From: a virus
Lineage: Duplodnaviria; Caudoviricetes
Virus record (IMG/VR): IMGVR_UViG_3300021400_000686
Span: 24,333 to 88,332 of that record
DNA length: 64,000 bases
Reading direction: 5' to 3' (one strand)
Below, piece after piece: positions 45,314 to 58,651 of this stretch. Under the pieces are notes generated by a model that worked only from the letters and a program-made list of their open reading frames with translations, searched no databases and was not told the DNA's origin. The translations under genes were made by a program, and so were the position numbers. The stretch's first letter is position 1. Every line of letters starts with the position of its first letter.

Positions 45314-48300
45314 AGTCCCCTCTAAGCGTTCAAAAACAGGCCTTAAACCCTCGCTATTTACGATTAGGTATTTCCCCCGAGCTCTAATGCAATCTGCCCC
45401 CTAATCGGCCTTCTCGTGTGCGAGCGATGCGCCTCTGTAGTATAGCTCTTGCACTTCATTCCGGCATACCATTTGGCGTTTTCCAAAAGATCATCATAAG
45501 GAAACTTGTTCTTGTCAATCATGGCATAGCATATCGCATTGTATATCCGACACTTTCCGTTTCGGAAAAGCTTACATCCGTTGAAGCACTGTGTATCAAG
45601 AAACCACTCGAATTCAGTTCCGTTTGAAAATAAGTGCTTACAGTCTACCCATTCACTCATCCCCACTCTCGATCCTTTCAATCATATCACCCACAAGCTC
45701 AGATATAGCCCGTTCGGTACCGACGCACCCGCTATAATACTGTTCCTGTGTCTCTTCCTCCATTGCAGTATCAGCTTCGAGCATACAATCAAGTTCATAT
45801 CCGAGATCGTCCCACGCATCAAGGCTACGAATAGCAATTGAAAATGCCTGTTCTGCCTCTTCCGTATAAGCGCGGATCACCTTACTCAGGACATTCGCGG
45901 CTTCCGCCCTCGTCATCTGTTTTTTCTTCTTTACGCTTACCATAATACGGGCACCTTATAAGAACGCCTTGAAAAACTGGTTGAAGTTACTCTTATTGCC
46001 GAGTACATACTTGCACAGCGCCATTGCAAGACCCTTTTCGGGGTCATAAATCTCATTTCGTCCGCACTTGACAACCGTCTTTTCCCCAGACTCCCAGAGA
46101 ATAATCGTTGCCGTACCATTAAAAATCACTCGTTTAATTTTCTTCTTCCAGTCCCGCCATTTCATTCCTAAAAAAGTACAACCTTCAATTTTTGAAGCGC
46201 AAATGACATCTGTAGACATCTTTTCTCCTCTCAGTTTATTCCATCTTTCTATAACCTCTTCGCCAGTTGCAACCATTTTTTCGGTGTTTACATGAGTGAA
46301 AATTCCTTTCCCATTATCGGCCAGATACAACCCAACTACAGTTCCACATCCCTCGCAGTAAAGCATGTACTTATCTTCGCCATTGCAATTGACTTTTAGC
46401 AATTGCCGTTTTCCTCCACACCAACAATTAACTGGGTCTTTCATTCGATCATCCCCCTCCGTATAAGTTTCCTCAAACTGTTCTCCGTTATAAAAATCAT
46501 TGCAGTTCCGCCATACATCAATCGCTCTTGCTTCCATATTCAGCCTCTCTCTTCTTCCATCGTGGACATATCAGATGCAGAACGCCATCGCCGCCATGCT
46601 CCATCCATTCGCAAGTTCTAAGGAAATCGATCTGGAACTCACAATTCCGGCATCCTTTGTAGCCGATTTCACGCTCCAACTTTTTTACGAACTTATCCAT
46701 CTCTCCCCTCCTTAATCATCTTCCTCATCGTCTTCGAATAATGTCTGCCCTGTCTTGATTACGCCACCAGTTCCGCAGTTCGGACATTCCAGTTCTTTCA
46801 GCAAAGTCCTTTCGGAATGCACTGAAATCCACCGCTTGCCGCACTTGACGCAGATCACTTCGCAAACTTCATGCGGAAGGATTTGCTCGATGCCAACGTC
46901 GGCAATGCTCGCCATCATCTGAGCGAATTGCTTTTCCTCATCGTCCATCTTCCACCTCTCTCCGCTTGCCCTTATCGCAGTAGCCGTCATCAGGGACGAG
47001 CTGTTCCGGATAACCTCGACCCGCACAGAAATCGTCTGAGCGTCTGTACTTGCAGTTCCGACATCTGACGATTTCGCAGACCACTTCCTGTTTTACGCCC
47101 GCTACCGGATAGCATGTTTCACGGACAATGTATTCACGGACAGGGTATTCACTCATCTTCCACCTCATTTCCCTAACGCATTCAGCATACATCGCTTAAT
47201 TGCCGAAATCAGTTCTTCTCCGTCAACCGTATATCGGTTGCCATCTACTTCAAGTTCAACATGATCGCCACCGTACCAGTCACTATGCACTCTGATCGAA
47301 GGCTTCGCTGGTTGAGAATAATCTTGGATTTCACAAGTTACTTTCATCTTCCACCTCTTTCCACGGACACGAATCACACTTGTAGATTAACTGTCCGTCT
47401 TTCCACTCGATGTTGTTTCCATCATCAGCGCATTCTACACAAGTTTCATTCATCTTCCGCCTTGCCCCCTCATTGTCCTCGCATTCCCCCATCTCCTCAA
47501 TGAGTGTGGAAAACTGCTTGTGCTTTTCTTTGATCCACTCCATCGCTTCTTTCCCGGCTCTATGCATTGTCCATTCGGCTTTATCCTTACATTTTGCAAC
47601 ATCAATCATCTCATCGATCAAACAGTCGAGCGTATCATAAACAACCATCAAATTTGTATACCTAACATCATCTACGTTTGATTCCCCTGTCGGTTCGATC
47701 TCCCCAATCACCCTCATTACAATGTCAGCCACCTCGTCAGCCGCAAATACATTTCTAAACACCTTCCACTCCTTTCTTCTTCAACTTACAAATGTCCGTC
47801 CCTTTGAAATGCGCGTATGAAATCGGAACACAAACTAAGTCAAAGCGTGTCAATAAATCCCATGATAATTTGTACAGATCACAACTTCGCGGACAGTCGT
47901 GTTTCCAATCGGCGCAATGAGTTACATCATGGTTCAAGCTCCACCCATTACGGCTCATCTTCAACCTCCTCACCTTCTTCAAGCATAAACGGGAACTTTG
48001 TTCGATAGCATTTACGGCAAAGATGTACGCATGAGTATCCGTATAACGGATCGTCAATCTTCACCAGAACATACGCTCCTTTTTCTGTCCTACTGTCTGT
48101 GTAAAACATCTTTTTACACGAATCGCATTGTACCATATCACTCATCTTCCACCTCTTTCCTCGTTCCCCAAGAGCAATAATTATCTTCTCTGACCTTTCT
48201 GCCCAATTCGGTGCAATAATTCTCGCCAAAAAGAAACTCGTCAGACCTTGTGTATTTGCAGTCTCGGCATCTGATCAACTTGTGCGGTTTCGGCTCTTCG

Positions 48301-49105
48301 TAGGAAAAATCGGGATGTTCCGTTATGATGTATTCAGGCATCTTCGCTCCTTTCTGCCTCATCGCAAAATCCATTATCCGGCTTACCTACACCGTACCGT
48401 TTGCATATTCTGTAAAACTCGGGTGCTATCTCGTCTTTTGATAAGTATTTGCAGTCTTTACACCTGACCAAGATGCTGACTCTTTCAGCATAAGCGACAA
48501 TTTCCGGGTTCATTTTCGAATAGCCACTTGCTATGATCGGTGAAATGAACTCAATCTGTTTTGCTCCCATCTTCGCTCCTTTCCGCGTTTGCGCAAAACC
48601 AGTTGTCGTCAGGCATCCACGAATACCAATAGTCTCCGGCACACTGGCACGGACATTTGTCATCAGGAAATTCCAAGTCATGATTTGCGCCTGTCCCCGT
48701 TGGTCGGTGCTTACAGTCTTTACACCGAACCAAATTTAGTGCGCTCTCGATCTTATCAAGTCGCTCTTGTATATTCTCGATCTCCGCCATTTCTTCTGAG
48801 ATAAATCTCATCCTATCGCTATTCAATTTGATCGTTGGCATCTTCGCCCCTTTCGCTTTCCTTTTTGGAACAAATCAAAGCATTACTCTTCACGACCCTC
48901 ACTCTTTTTTTCTTCGTCTTCACGGACAGCTTTAATTCGGTCAAGCTCCTTTTGAATTTCCCTGAGTTTGTACTCCATAAAGTCCTTCCAGTCCGCTACA
49001 GACATCCAGAACGATACTATCCCGATTAGTACGAAAATCACGAAAAGTATTCCCAAAACTGCAATCGTCGTTTTCCCAATTATTTCCCAATTCATTCTCC
49101 ACCCC

Positions 49106-49768
49106 TTACATAAAATCTTTTGTCTTGACCTTTACAATCAGGCGTTTGCCCATTCTATCCCTAAGCTCCACGCGTGGCCTTCCGACTACACCTTCCATCG
49201 GAGCAGTTCCAATCGTAGACACTGGCTTACTTTTTACAAAACGCACAGCATCATCAATGGTTCCACGGAATATAAGCGGAACAACGCGAATTCCAAAAGC
49301 CTTTGCAATGTCTTCCACCGCATCACGCTTCAGCCACAAGTCCTGATCGGGAAGGTACACATCGAAAAGGATATAGTCCACACTGTCGGGGATGTACTGC
49401 GATCCGACCTTCTGGATTTTGTTCCCGAACCCCTCACCGAAAAGGATCACTTTCATACTGCCGAATTTCTGTTCAAACAGCTCCTCGTTTGTCTCCCCAC
49501 CGAATAATTCATTGAGCCTGCTGACAAGCGAAGCAGGAATCTGTGCCCGCTCTGTCCTCCCCTGAAAACTGACGGAATGGCCATCCCACACAACGCCAAT
49601 GTTTGTGCCGTCGATTTTTTCTGTCCACTCCCACAGAAGATTTCGCGTGAATTCAACGGCTTCTTCTCTGAACTTTCCTTCGATTAGTTTCTTTGAGCCG
49701 TCCATGTCACGCTCAAATACCGTTTCAATCTTAATGTATTCTTTCATCTTCGCTCCTTTCGTAGGCAT
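49106..49768 (-). CDS. RNA ligase (Rnl2-like nucleotidyltransferase)
   Basis: WEWTEKIDGTN (KxDG motif I), LFGEGFG, ILFDV, EGVVGRP, IVKVK. Confidence 0.8.
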   Translation of the reverse strand: MPTKGAKMKEYIKIETVFERDMDGSKKLIEGKFREEAVEFTRNLLWEWTEKIDGTNIGVVWDGHSVSFQGRTERAQIPASLVSRLNELFGGETNEELFEQKFGSMKVILFGEGFGNKIQKVGSQYIPDSVDYILFDVYLPDQDLWLKRDAVEDIAKAFGIRVVPLIFRGTIDDAVRFVKSKPVSTIGTAPMEGVVGRPRVELRDRMGKRLIVKVKTKDFM

Positions 49769-49911
49769 AATTCAGCGGATACGCTGGTGCGGCATATACA
49801 GAAGTCATCGGAATATCGTTAGGAGGCGTATACCGCGCTTCCAATTGCGAACACAACGAGCCTGTTTTGTCACAAATCCCACACGGCAAAAGATATTTAC
49901 AGCCCACCGAG

Positions 49912-50181
49912 TTAATCAGGTTCACCATCGCTGTCATCTTCCTCATCACTCCTTTCCGCCCGTCTGTTCCATGCTTCGATAGCCTCTTCCTTTGTCTCGA
50001 AGAATTGCCTCGTTTCACAGCAACAATCAAGACACACAACTCCAAATGTATCGGTATATCCGACAAACTCGTGTCGCTGAAGACACGCTTCTCCACCGCA
50101 GAACGGACACGGTTTCAATTTAATCATTTTCGTCCCCTTCCATTTTTCCCCACGATTCTCCAAGCTTCCACCCAAAAGCAA
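49912..50181 (-). CDS. Lar-family restriction alleviation protein
   Basis: LKPCPFCGGEA...CLDC...TKEEAIEAWNRR. Confidence 0.8.
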   Translation of the reverse strand: MLLGGSLENRGEKWKGTKMIKLKPCPFCGGEACLQRHEFVGYTDTFGVVCLDCCCETRQFFETKEEAIEAWNRRAERSDEEDDSDGEPD

Positions 50182-53100
50182 ACCCGCTTATGAAAAAGCA
50201 GATAGCAATAAAGAACACACCGAGATTATCAGACATCTTCGCTCCTTTCCATCATATCGGCGATGGCGGAAAGCACCTCTAAAATCATCAGGTTGCTGTC
50301 GAGGATATGTTTATCAACTCGCTCTCTGTTCCTTACGCTTTCCCGCACCTCTTTGCAATACTCAGCACAATCACTTGACCAACTCATCCTTCGCTCCTTT
50401 CTCCATCCTCTGTCTCCTCCCTCGGCAAAATGAAAATCGGTTCTCTGCCATATCGTTCATACCCGCCTTTTCCATTGCTATACAGATGGTAATCCTTGAC
50501 GGCACTCTTGGCTTCTTCCTTGGTTAGGTAAGTCATGTTGCGATAGTCAGACGGAAAATATGCTAAATACGGATATTTCTTAGGATTGTCTCTACGTTTC
50601 CTTAGTTCTGCGTCGCGGTCAGCACATATTTGCCTGTACATATATTCATCGCTGTCCATCTTCGCTCCTTTCGTATGGCTCGCACAGGGGGCTATCTTCG
50701 TCCTCATCTTCTAACGGACAAAGATAATCTGGCACTACCCTGTCATCGATAAAGAAAATCTCATCGTCAGAGAGCAACCAACAGACCTTGCGATTGCCAT
50801 AGTATTCTCTCCCATGCGGACAACATTCACATTTCGCCATCTTCGCTCCTTTCGTACGGCTTCGGAATCTGAATCGGCATCCATGCTGTGACCTTCAGAG
50901 TAATTTTTGCGCGGCTTTTCGGATATATCCATTTAACTCCGTCCCATTGACCTTTTGTAACTATATTGCGTCCAAATATCACAAGTGTAACCCACACAAT
51001 AACCCCTAAATCAGGTAAGTGTTCCTCAACCGGAATCCACCTCGGTTCTGGCTGTGCGGGAGGCAAGCCGTTAATTACCTCTTGTACCGCGCTCCCATAC
51101 TCTTCCTCGACGTTGAATCCAAAATGGCTGTTGATCGCCTCAATCGCCGCTTGTCTTGAAATGAGGTCATCCATCCTTCAGCACCTCCTTAATCTGGTAA
51201 AGCAAGTCCATCGCATCATCCCTGTCGAAGTGGTCTATCGTTCCATCAACGAGGTCTGCGATTTTATTCAACCGTGCATCCGGCTGTGCGGAAGGCATAT
51301 TCTCAATCCGCAGTTTCATTTCAATAATACTTGCCATGCAATATTCCGCTCTTGCCTTTATCGAATCATCAGATGCTTCTACCCTCCATTTTTCAGCGGC
51401 ATGATACATATCTTTCAGCGCATCAATCGCCACCTGCCTACTGATTAAATCATCCATCTTTTTCACCTCTCATCTTCGCGCCGCAATTCATGCAATAATT
51501 GCCCCAACACTCGAAGCTACCGCAATTAGAACACTTAATGTTTCCGTCTTCATCGCTTATAACATACGCAGTTAGTGGCTGTGCGGATGGCTGATCCCTC
51601 ACCACTTCCTCGCACAGATACATACCGTTCATAATGATGCTTGCCCTGTGTAAATCATCCATCATCAGCGCGTCCTGTCGTATCTTTTCGATGTGTTTCA
51701 GTGTTGCCTGTCTGTCAATCAAATCTGCCATTGCGCCTTGCCTCTCTTTCCGCAATCTCCTTGTACTTCTGTTCCGTGTCAGCAAGCAGGATGTCATAGA
51801 ATTTCTCTCCGAAGTCGAAGTCTATCTGACCGTAAACGTGAACCCGATCCTCGCCTTTCTTTTCCCGAATCCTTATGTAACGGTTCTTGTACTTAAATTC
51901 GGATTCTGGGAAAACGTGTTCTCTTTGCAGTTTCTCAGCAAGAGTTTTTCTTACCTGTCTACTTGCGTCACGGTATATTCTACGGCTGAAAATATGGCTT
52001 GCTTCTTCTCTGGCATAATTCGCAAGATACTTGTAATTGTAATCGCCATCGAACTCGAACGTGCTGATGCGATTTGTAATCGCATAGCAGATATCCTGAC
52101 GGATTCTCTCTCGGTACGATTCTCTCTGCTCCGCTACTGTCAGCGGAATCTCATCTACTGGTTTGATCGGCATCTCCTTCTCCTTGTCTTTCGCTTTTAA
52201 CAGTTTCAAGCCTTCACGCAAGCAATCCTCACAGTAGGAATAATGCGTGTAGCTGATTTCTTCAAATGTCCGCAACGTCAGCGGAATATCCTTCTTGCAC
52301 CTCAAACAGATAAGAGGCATAATGTCATTAGACTTCATTGTTGCTCACCTCTCTCATGTCATCCTCTGTCGCTTCTCCATTGTAACTACCACACAATGGA
52401 CAATATGGGCATTCTTTCTTCATGCGTTCAATGGGCTTCGCGCCCACCCACCATTCACTCCAAAGCTGATTACAAGATGAACACCTGTAAATCCCTCTGT
52501 CGTTTACCCACTTCCCTTTCTTCCGCTCAACTACATTTGGATTTATGGCGGTACAAATATCAACCTCGTTTACCCATCTCAAAATTGACCAGTCCATTCT
52601 TATCGAATGTTTCATCAGCTTATCAACATTAGCATATCTCGGCATTGTCGCTCTCCTCTATTTCCTCAACGCATAGTCTGTACTTCTTTCCGTCATACGC
52701 CTTAAATCTAAACTCTGATTTATTACCCATCAGAAATTGCGCTACGGCAGACAACGCCTCATCCCTGACATCGCTTTTATGAAGCCATTGATCTCCACCC
52801 TTATTGAGCGTTCCTGCATAGATTGATGCAATTCCACATCCTACATGATACTCAGCCATTTTTGCTCTCCTCATGCTCGTCATCTAAAACTCTATGGTAT
52901 CTTCGCCACCCTTCTTCCGGGCCGCAATTTTCTCCGTCACAATCGACTTGATTCATGCACCACATGCAATTTGGCTCTTCATAGTCCGCATTAACCAACA
53001 TCATTTTCCGTTCTCCCTCATATCTGCCCCGCATATTGGGCAAAACGGTGACATATCATCAAGTTCTGCGTTGCATTGATCGCAAAAGTATTCTCCTTCA

Positions 53101-53898
53101 TAGTGACGCCACCGTCCTCTCTTCCGTTCCACCACATCAACAGTCGGTGCATCTATGATTAACGATGCCCCGCATAACAAACTTAATGCCTCGTTGCTGA
53201 TTTGTGGCGTATCGGTGGACTTCAAAAGTTCCTTCATCTTCTGATAAAACGCCTCTTTTAAAGCGTTCCCATCAATGTATCTCGGCATCCGCTCTCCTCT
53301 CTCATCATGTTCATCTCCCAAAAAGTAACCATGCTTTCATCCACGGATTCATGTCACTTCGTGCGATGCAATACTTGATTGATACACTTGCCCAAACAAC
53401 CAATGCGAGAAACACAAGCGATAAGATGATCGGCACGATGTCATTTTTCTTCATCCTCTGTCTCCTTTCCTCTTCCGGAATATACATTTATAAAATTCAC
53501 CACATTGGTCATGCTTACGATTGCATCATCTGTGCTTTTCTCTTCCAGATACTTACAAAATAGTCTAAAGCAGTTGATATATCCATCGACATAAGATAAC
53601 CGCTCACCTTCGCTTCGTAAATGAATCATCCTCTGTCTCCTTTCGCTCTCCGTCCGCGCAGTAATAATCCTCGAGATGGCACATACGGTGACGGTTGCAG
53701 TACCGCTCGTCTGAAAGCTCCCCTGTCACGGTATCAATGCGTGTTGGTATTCCGTGTATGCAATCCTTACAACGCACCACTTCCGTAGCATCGACGGTCG
53801 GTGCATAAACAATGTCACAAACCAAGACAACGTGTCCGTATTCTTGAGAATACTTAACGTGTTCTAATCCGTCCGTATTATTTAATAATACATCAGCA

Positions 53899-54285
53899 TC
53901 AATTAGCCGCATCCTCTGCTTCCCTTCCATTAGCCCATTCTTCCATTGACCGACACCACATATCATATATGATTTTCCACTCTTTACTTTTGAAACCTTG
54001 CTTCGAGATTGCATATCCGTTTGTCGGTGGCGCAGATTCACGTACCAACTCTGTGTATTCTCCGAAACTTGCAATCGCAGGATTTCCGCAACTTGCCCTT
54101 TCGATTAGACCTTTTTCAATAAGCCTTTTAATCGCTTTCTTTGTGCGGTATTTTGACCATAAACACATCTTCGCAATATCGCCTGTTGATACAATAACCC
54201 GATCTGGTGCATACATCGTTGTATAGGACGATACTTCGCAATTTGCTATGCACTGGAATACCGCAATTTCATCAGGTAGCATCAT
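53899..54285 (-). CDS. Winged-HTH-like early protein
   Basis: Minus-strand ATGATGCTACCTGAT start; VSTGDIAKMCLWSKYRTKKAIKRLIEKGLIE. Confidence 0.5.
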   Translation of the reverse strand: MMLPDEIAVFQCIANCEVSSYTTMYAPDRVIVSTGDIAKMCLWSKYRTKKAIKRLIEKGLIERASCGNPAIASFGEYTELVRESAPPTNGYAISKQGFKSKEWKIIYDMWCRSMEEWANGREAEDAAN

Positions 54286-57056
54286 CTGTCTCCCCCCTCA
54301 TATCCAGTCCACACTTTCCACAAAACGCATGATACTCTGCCAGATACTTTCGGTTCTTAGCGTAAATTACCTGATAGCAATTTGAACATGTATAAGCATT
54401 CGGTATGTCACTTCGCTGAATCCATTTTCCCTTCTTCCGCTCTGGCGCATCTACTATCGGCTGTGCATCAAGTATATTTTCAAATAGTTTATATCGAATC
54501 CAACACCCACCATCCCACTTTTGTAGCTCTGTGTCGGTTTCAAAGGCGTTGTGGTACATCTCTTGCCTAAGCTTATCGGCGTTAATCAGTATCATTTTGC
54601 CACCCATTCCCTTTAATCTCCGCTCCACACCAACTGCAATATCTCGACTCGGAAAAGTAATAAAGGTACGGCTTAGTCTCATACCGCTTACATACAGGAC
54701 AACGGCAACTCTGCCAAGCATCAATCACTTTGTCCTCGTCAATGTGGAACACCTCTTTTTCTTCCCATCCAACAAGCGACCGTTCTCCCCTCTCAACCGT
54801 TGGAAAATTCGCAATGTAAAGCATTACATCTTTCGGATTTTCTGAATATATTCCGTTCAGCAGTTCGTTCTTGTCGATGTATTGTTTAGCCATTCTCCTT
54901 TAATTCCCTTTCGTTCGCGTACCACTTCGACCCATCAGCAAAAGATACATACCATATCGGGTGCGTCCTGTCTTTTCGGATCAGCGTACACAACTCACCG
55001 TAATGCGGATGATCCTTCCATCTCCGATTTAATACCTTCGGATAAAATCTCACTTTCTGCCACTGTTCCATTTAAGCATACCCGCAAAGCTCACCGACTT
55101 GCTCCCACATATCGCCGTGGTTCCCATACTCATAAATCTTCCCCTGAAGCGGTTCATCCACTATCACCCAGATAAGCGGTCTTTTATGCTTTCCGCATAG
55201 CTGATCGGAAATCTCGCTTAATGTCAAAGTCTGGTACGGAACAAGACACATCTTGCTTGCTTCCTTGTCATAACGCCACTCTAAATCGCCTGTAGCGAGC
55301 ATTAGACCGCTTAATCCACCAACATATACACTTGACTCGACAACGCCGTTAAAACGGCAAATTTCGGCCTTCTCAGGCGCTTCTATGATGATCGGTGTCA
55401 CGAGCACACCTCGTTTGCGTAAATCATCCTTGATACAATCGGTTTTCCATCATGCCCAAGTTCAAACCGCTTGAAGCCTCTCCGACTCTTCTGGCAAACA
55501 TCCATTGCCTCTTCAGGTGTTACAGCGTCAACAATCATGTTGGCAATCCTTCCACTTCTTGTACGGTAATACACGCACCAGTGCGCCATTGTTACGCCTT
55601 CAACATACTCGTTCTCTTTAAGGATCATTCGATTTCCTCCTTGTCCTTTGTGTCGTAAGTGTTTTCGTCCCCTTCTATCACTTCAGTAGCGCTACAATCT
55701 GCCCGTTGCTTGCGAGCCATAAATACATTGTGGCCATCCCAAGGATGAACGCCAGAAAATATTTCAAAAGCTTCAGTTCCGTCTTCGTCAATTTCAATCC
55801 TCCTTACATCTTCTCAAGATACAGTCGATTTTTTGACCGAAACGCCTTCACGCCGTCGTACCGTTCCTGTGCTTTCTTTAGGCCATTGTATGCGTTGATC
55901 AGCTTTTCGCCTTCCTCAAGCTTTACCTCCATCATATCAAAAGGCCCACTCATAAACTCCTTTACAACCCCCGTATATGTTCCTTTTTTCGCCCGTTTAT
56001 TTGGCACATTACACTTTACCAGTTCCATAAAATCCCCCTTAATCCATGTTATAAATCGCGTTCTCCTCGAAAAAATTCAACATCCTACAGTCACTCGAAA
56101 AGACATCAAGATTTACGTCCTCCATATTGGAAACATAATCATAGACGATGCATTCGACGTCCGCCCGAACCTCCGACGGCGAATAGTAGTCCAACAGTTC
56201 ACATCCGTAAAGAGACTCACGATACTCAAAATCTTCCTCAAGCGTCGCGAACCACTCTACGTCGTCCGAGCATTCATTCGCGATCAGCTTTTTGTCGTAT
56301 CCCGAAAGTGCCTCTTTCAGGCCGTCAAGGTCTTCAATGTTCTTCTTGTCGATCACAAGGTCAACAACACAATCGTACATAATCCGCCCTCCCAAACTGG
56401 TTCTGGCACCATTGCCACGAAGGATACCCCCTACGATTATATTTTATCACATCTTGTTCAATATGTCAATACCCATAGGTATTTTTCTTTGCATTATTTG
56501 AAAAACCCGTCCTTCTTGTTGTACTTGACCCCTTCAATAAACCCAGTTTCTCGCAATTCCTCACGGTTCTTAATCGCCAAGGACATATAAGTCATCACGG
56601 CCTTTTTGTTCAATGTGATGCCCTGTTCGGCCATCTTCCCGAAAATATCTTGCATGTGCAAAAGAGCTTGTGTGTATCCACTATTGAATGTGTCTTGCAT
56701 CCGTACACCTCCCATTACGCTCTGAGCACAGGGGCCATCGAATACCGTCCAAGCGGAAGCACGGCCTCCCCACCGTCCGAATAGGCTTTGCTGATCCGTT
56801 TCACGCCACCGTCGTTGTTGTTCAGTCCTACAAGAGTGACAGTTTTCTCCGTCCGCGCTACCACCTTGAATTTCCACACGCAGTTGTGATCGCAACTACT
56901 TCTCGCGCTGTATTCCTTACCTACCTCAAATCTCTTCATTCTCGATCTCCTATCAAACAACCGACACATCCTTCTTTGAGGGAACCCCCTCACACTATGT
57001 ATCATATCACATATTGATCAATATGTCAATACCTATAGGTAAATTTCCCTTATTTA

Positions 57057-57593
57057 TCAGTCCATTTCGCAGTAATCGAGGGCGTCGTACCCAAGTTCTT
57101 CAAGCGCATACGTCACCGCAGAAGCATTGCGAGACCGCGCGTTCCCCTGTCCGTGCGTTCTCGGTGGAAACACCCACCATCTTTCTCCACAAAACTTCCA
57201 CTCGAAGCAATGAACCCCACACTCCTTAGCGATCTGGTAGACAACCGCCTTTTTCCGAACAGGAAGCTTTACCGCCGTCCCGTCAAAATTGCACGTTCCA
57301 CCGTCTTCGGAGTTCTCCTTCTCGACTGCTTCGCCAACGTCAAGGGCGCGTCTGATATCATCCCGAATTTTCGCATATTTCTCGTTCAGGACAAGCGGTT
57401 CCCCACTATATTTCAGAATATACCGTCTATACGCATCATACGCCGAGTCGAAATTTTTGGACTGGAAGCACTCGATTTCGTCCATCCCGTGGTCGAGCAC
57501 CATCACCTCGTATATTCCACCAAGGTCGGCAATGTCGACAAGCAGTTCCTTTCCGTGGTACATAAGATGCTCATGGTACATTCCATTGATCAT
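57057..57593 (-). CDS. Hypothetical early protein
   Basis: EDGGTCNFD...GQGNARSR motif. Confidence 0.55.
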   Translation of the reverse strand: MINGMYHEHLMYHGKELLVDIADLGGIYEVMVLDHGMDEIECFQSKNFDSAYDAYRRYILKYSGEPLVLNEKYAKIRDDIRRALDVGEAVEKENSEDGGTCNFDGTAVKLPVRKKAVVYQIAKECGVHCFEWKFCGERWWVFPPRTHGQGNARSRNASAVTYALEELGYDALDYCEMD

Positions 57594-58651
57594 TTCAGGC
57601 CCTCCATTCTGATATAGCGTCTTGCGTCTTTCACGCAGTCGGCCTTTGTGTCACCAAAGGCCACTGCATTTCCCCATTCGTTCCGCGCTACCCATTCCGT
57701 AACCATACCATCGCTTCTTGAGCGAGAATTATAAGGATCAAAATGCGCTACCTTTTCAAAACTCAGATCACTTAGCTTCATCACTTTTCCTCCGCATCTC
57801 TGATCATCGCTATCGGGGTTACATGTTTCGAAGTCTTGCCGACCTTCATCATTCGAACCGCGGCCATCGATCCACCTTCCCACGAATAAACAACAACTAC
57901 GTCGTCCCCACCTTTTACGATAGGAGCCATAGCAAACTTCGCCATATCAATTACATCGTTGGCACCGAAGCTTTCGCTCAGCATCGCCCCACCGCCCGGG
58001 AGATGAATGTCCGATTTCAGACGGTTCATAACCGTGTTCTCAATCCCCTCGTGATTGTTGTCAACATAAATCGTCGGGATCGAGTCATTCAGCCACCGCG
58101 TACCGTCGCTGAAGGTTCCCATGTCCACACGGACGGGAGTCCCTTCATAAACATCATCCCAACCGCGCTTCGGCGAGTCAAGATCAAACATGATCACGGG
58201 ATACTTACCGAAGTTCAAGGCCTTCGCAATCTCTTTTCTGTCTGTCAGGAAACGCATATCATACCTACCTTTCTTTTCTGTGGGAACCATTTCCCTCTCA
58301 ACCTTACGAGTATATTATACTACATATTGATCAATATGTCAATACTTTTATTTCTCCTCGTTCGGCACAACAGGCGCCTTTATTTTACTAACGGTAACAA
58401 CGCACCGTTCGCAGAGGATTTCCCCCAGAGTCTCAAGCAATTCCTCGGCCTGTGGGTATTTCCCAGAAACAAGCTTGTACGCTTCGTCTCTGTCGATCTC
58501 TTCCTGTTTCGAGAGCCCGTATGTTCTCTTAGTGTACTTCAGCACTTCTTCGTACTTCTTCTTTGTCGCCATAATTCACTCCTTTTCTTGGCTTTTTATT
58601 TTAAGCGGATATTTTATCCACCCAATCCCCTATATCGCGTAAAAATGCCGT

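Larger units (their letters stand above)
45364..55628 (-). other. Mosaic array of about 35 small early ORFs, many Cys-rich paralogs, joined by repeated RBS/junction sequences
   Basis: Repeated VRCKDCK, DLISRQAAI, RYIDAD and CPxCG modules; repeated junctions GAAAGGAGCGAAGATG, AGAGGTGGAAGATG and GGAGACAGAGGATG. Confidence 0.75.
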
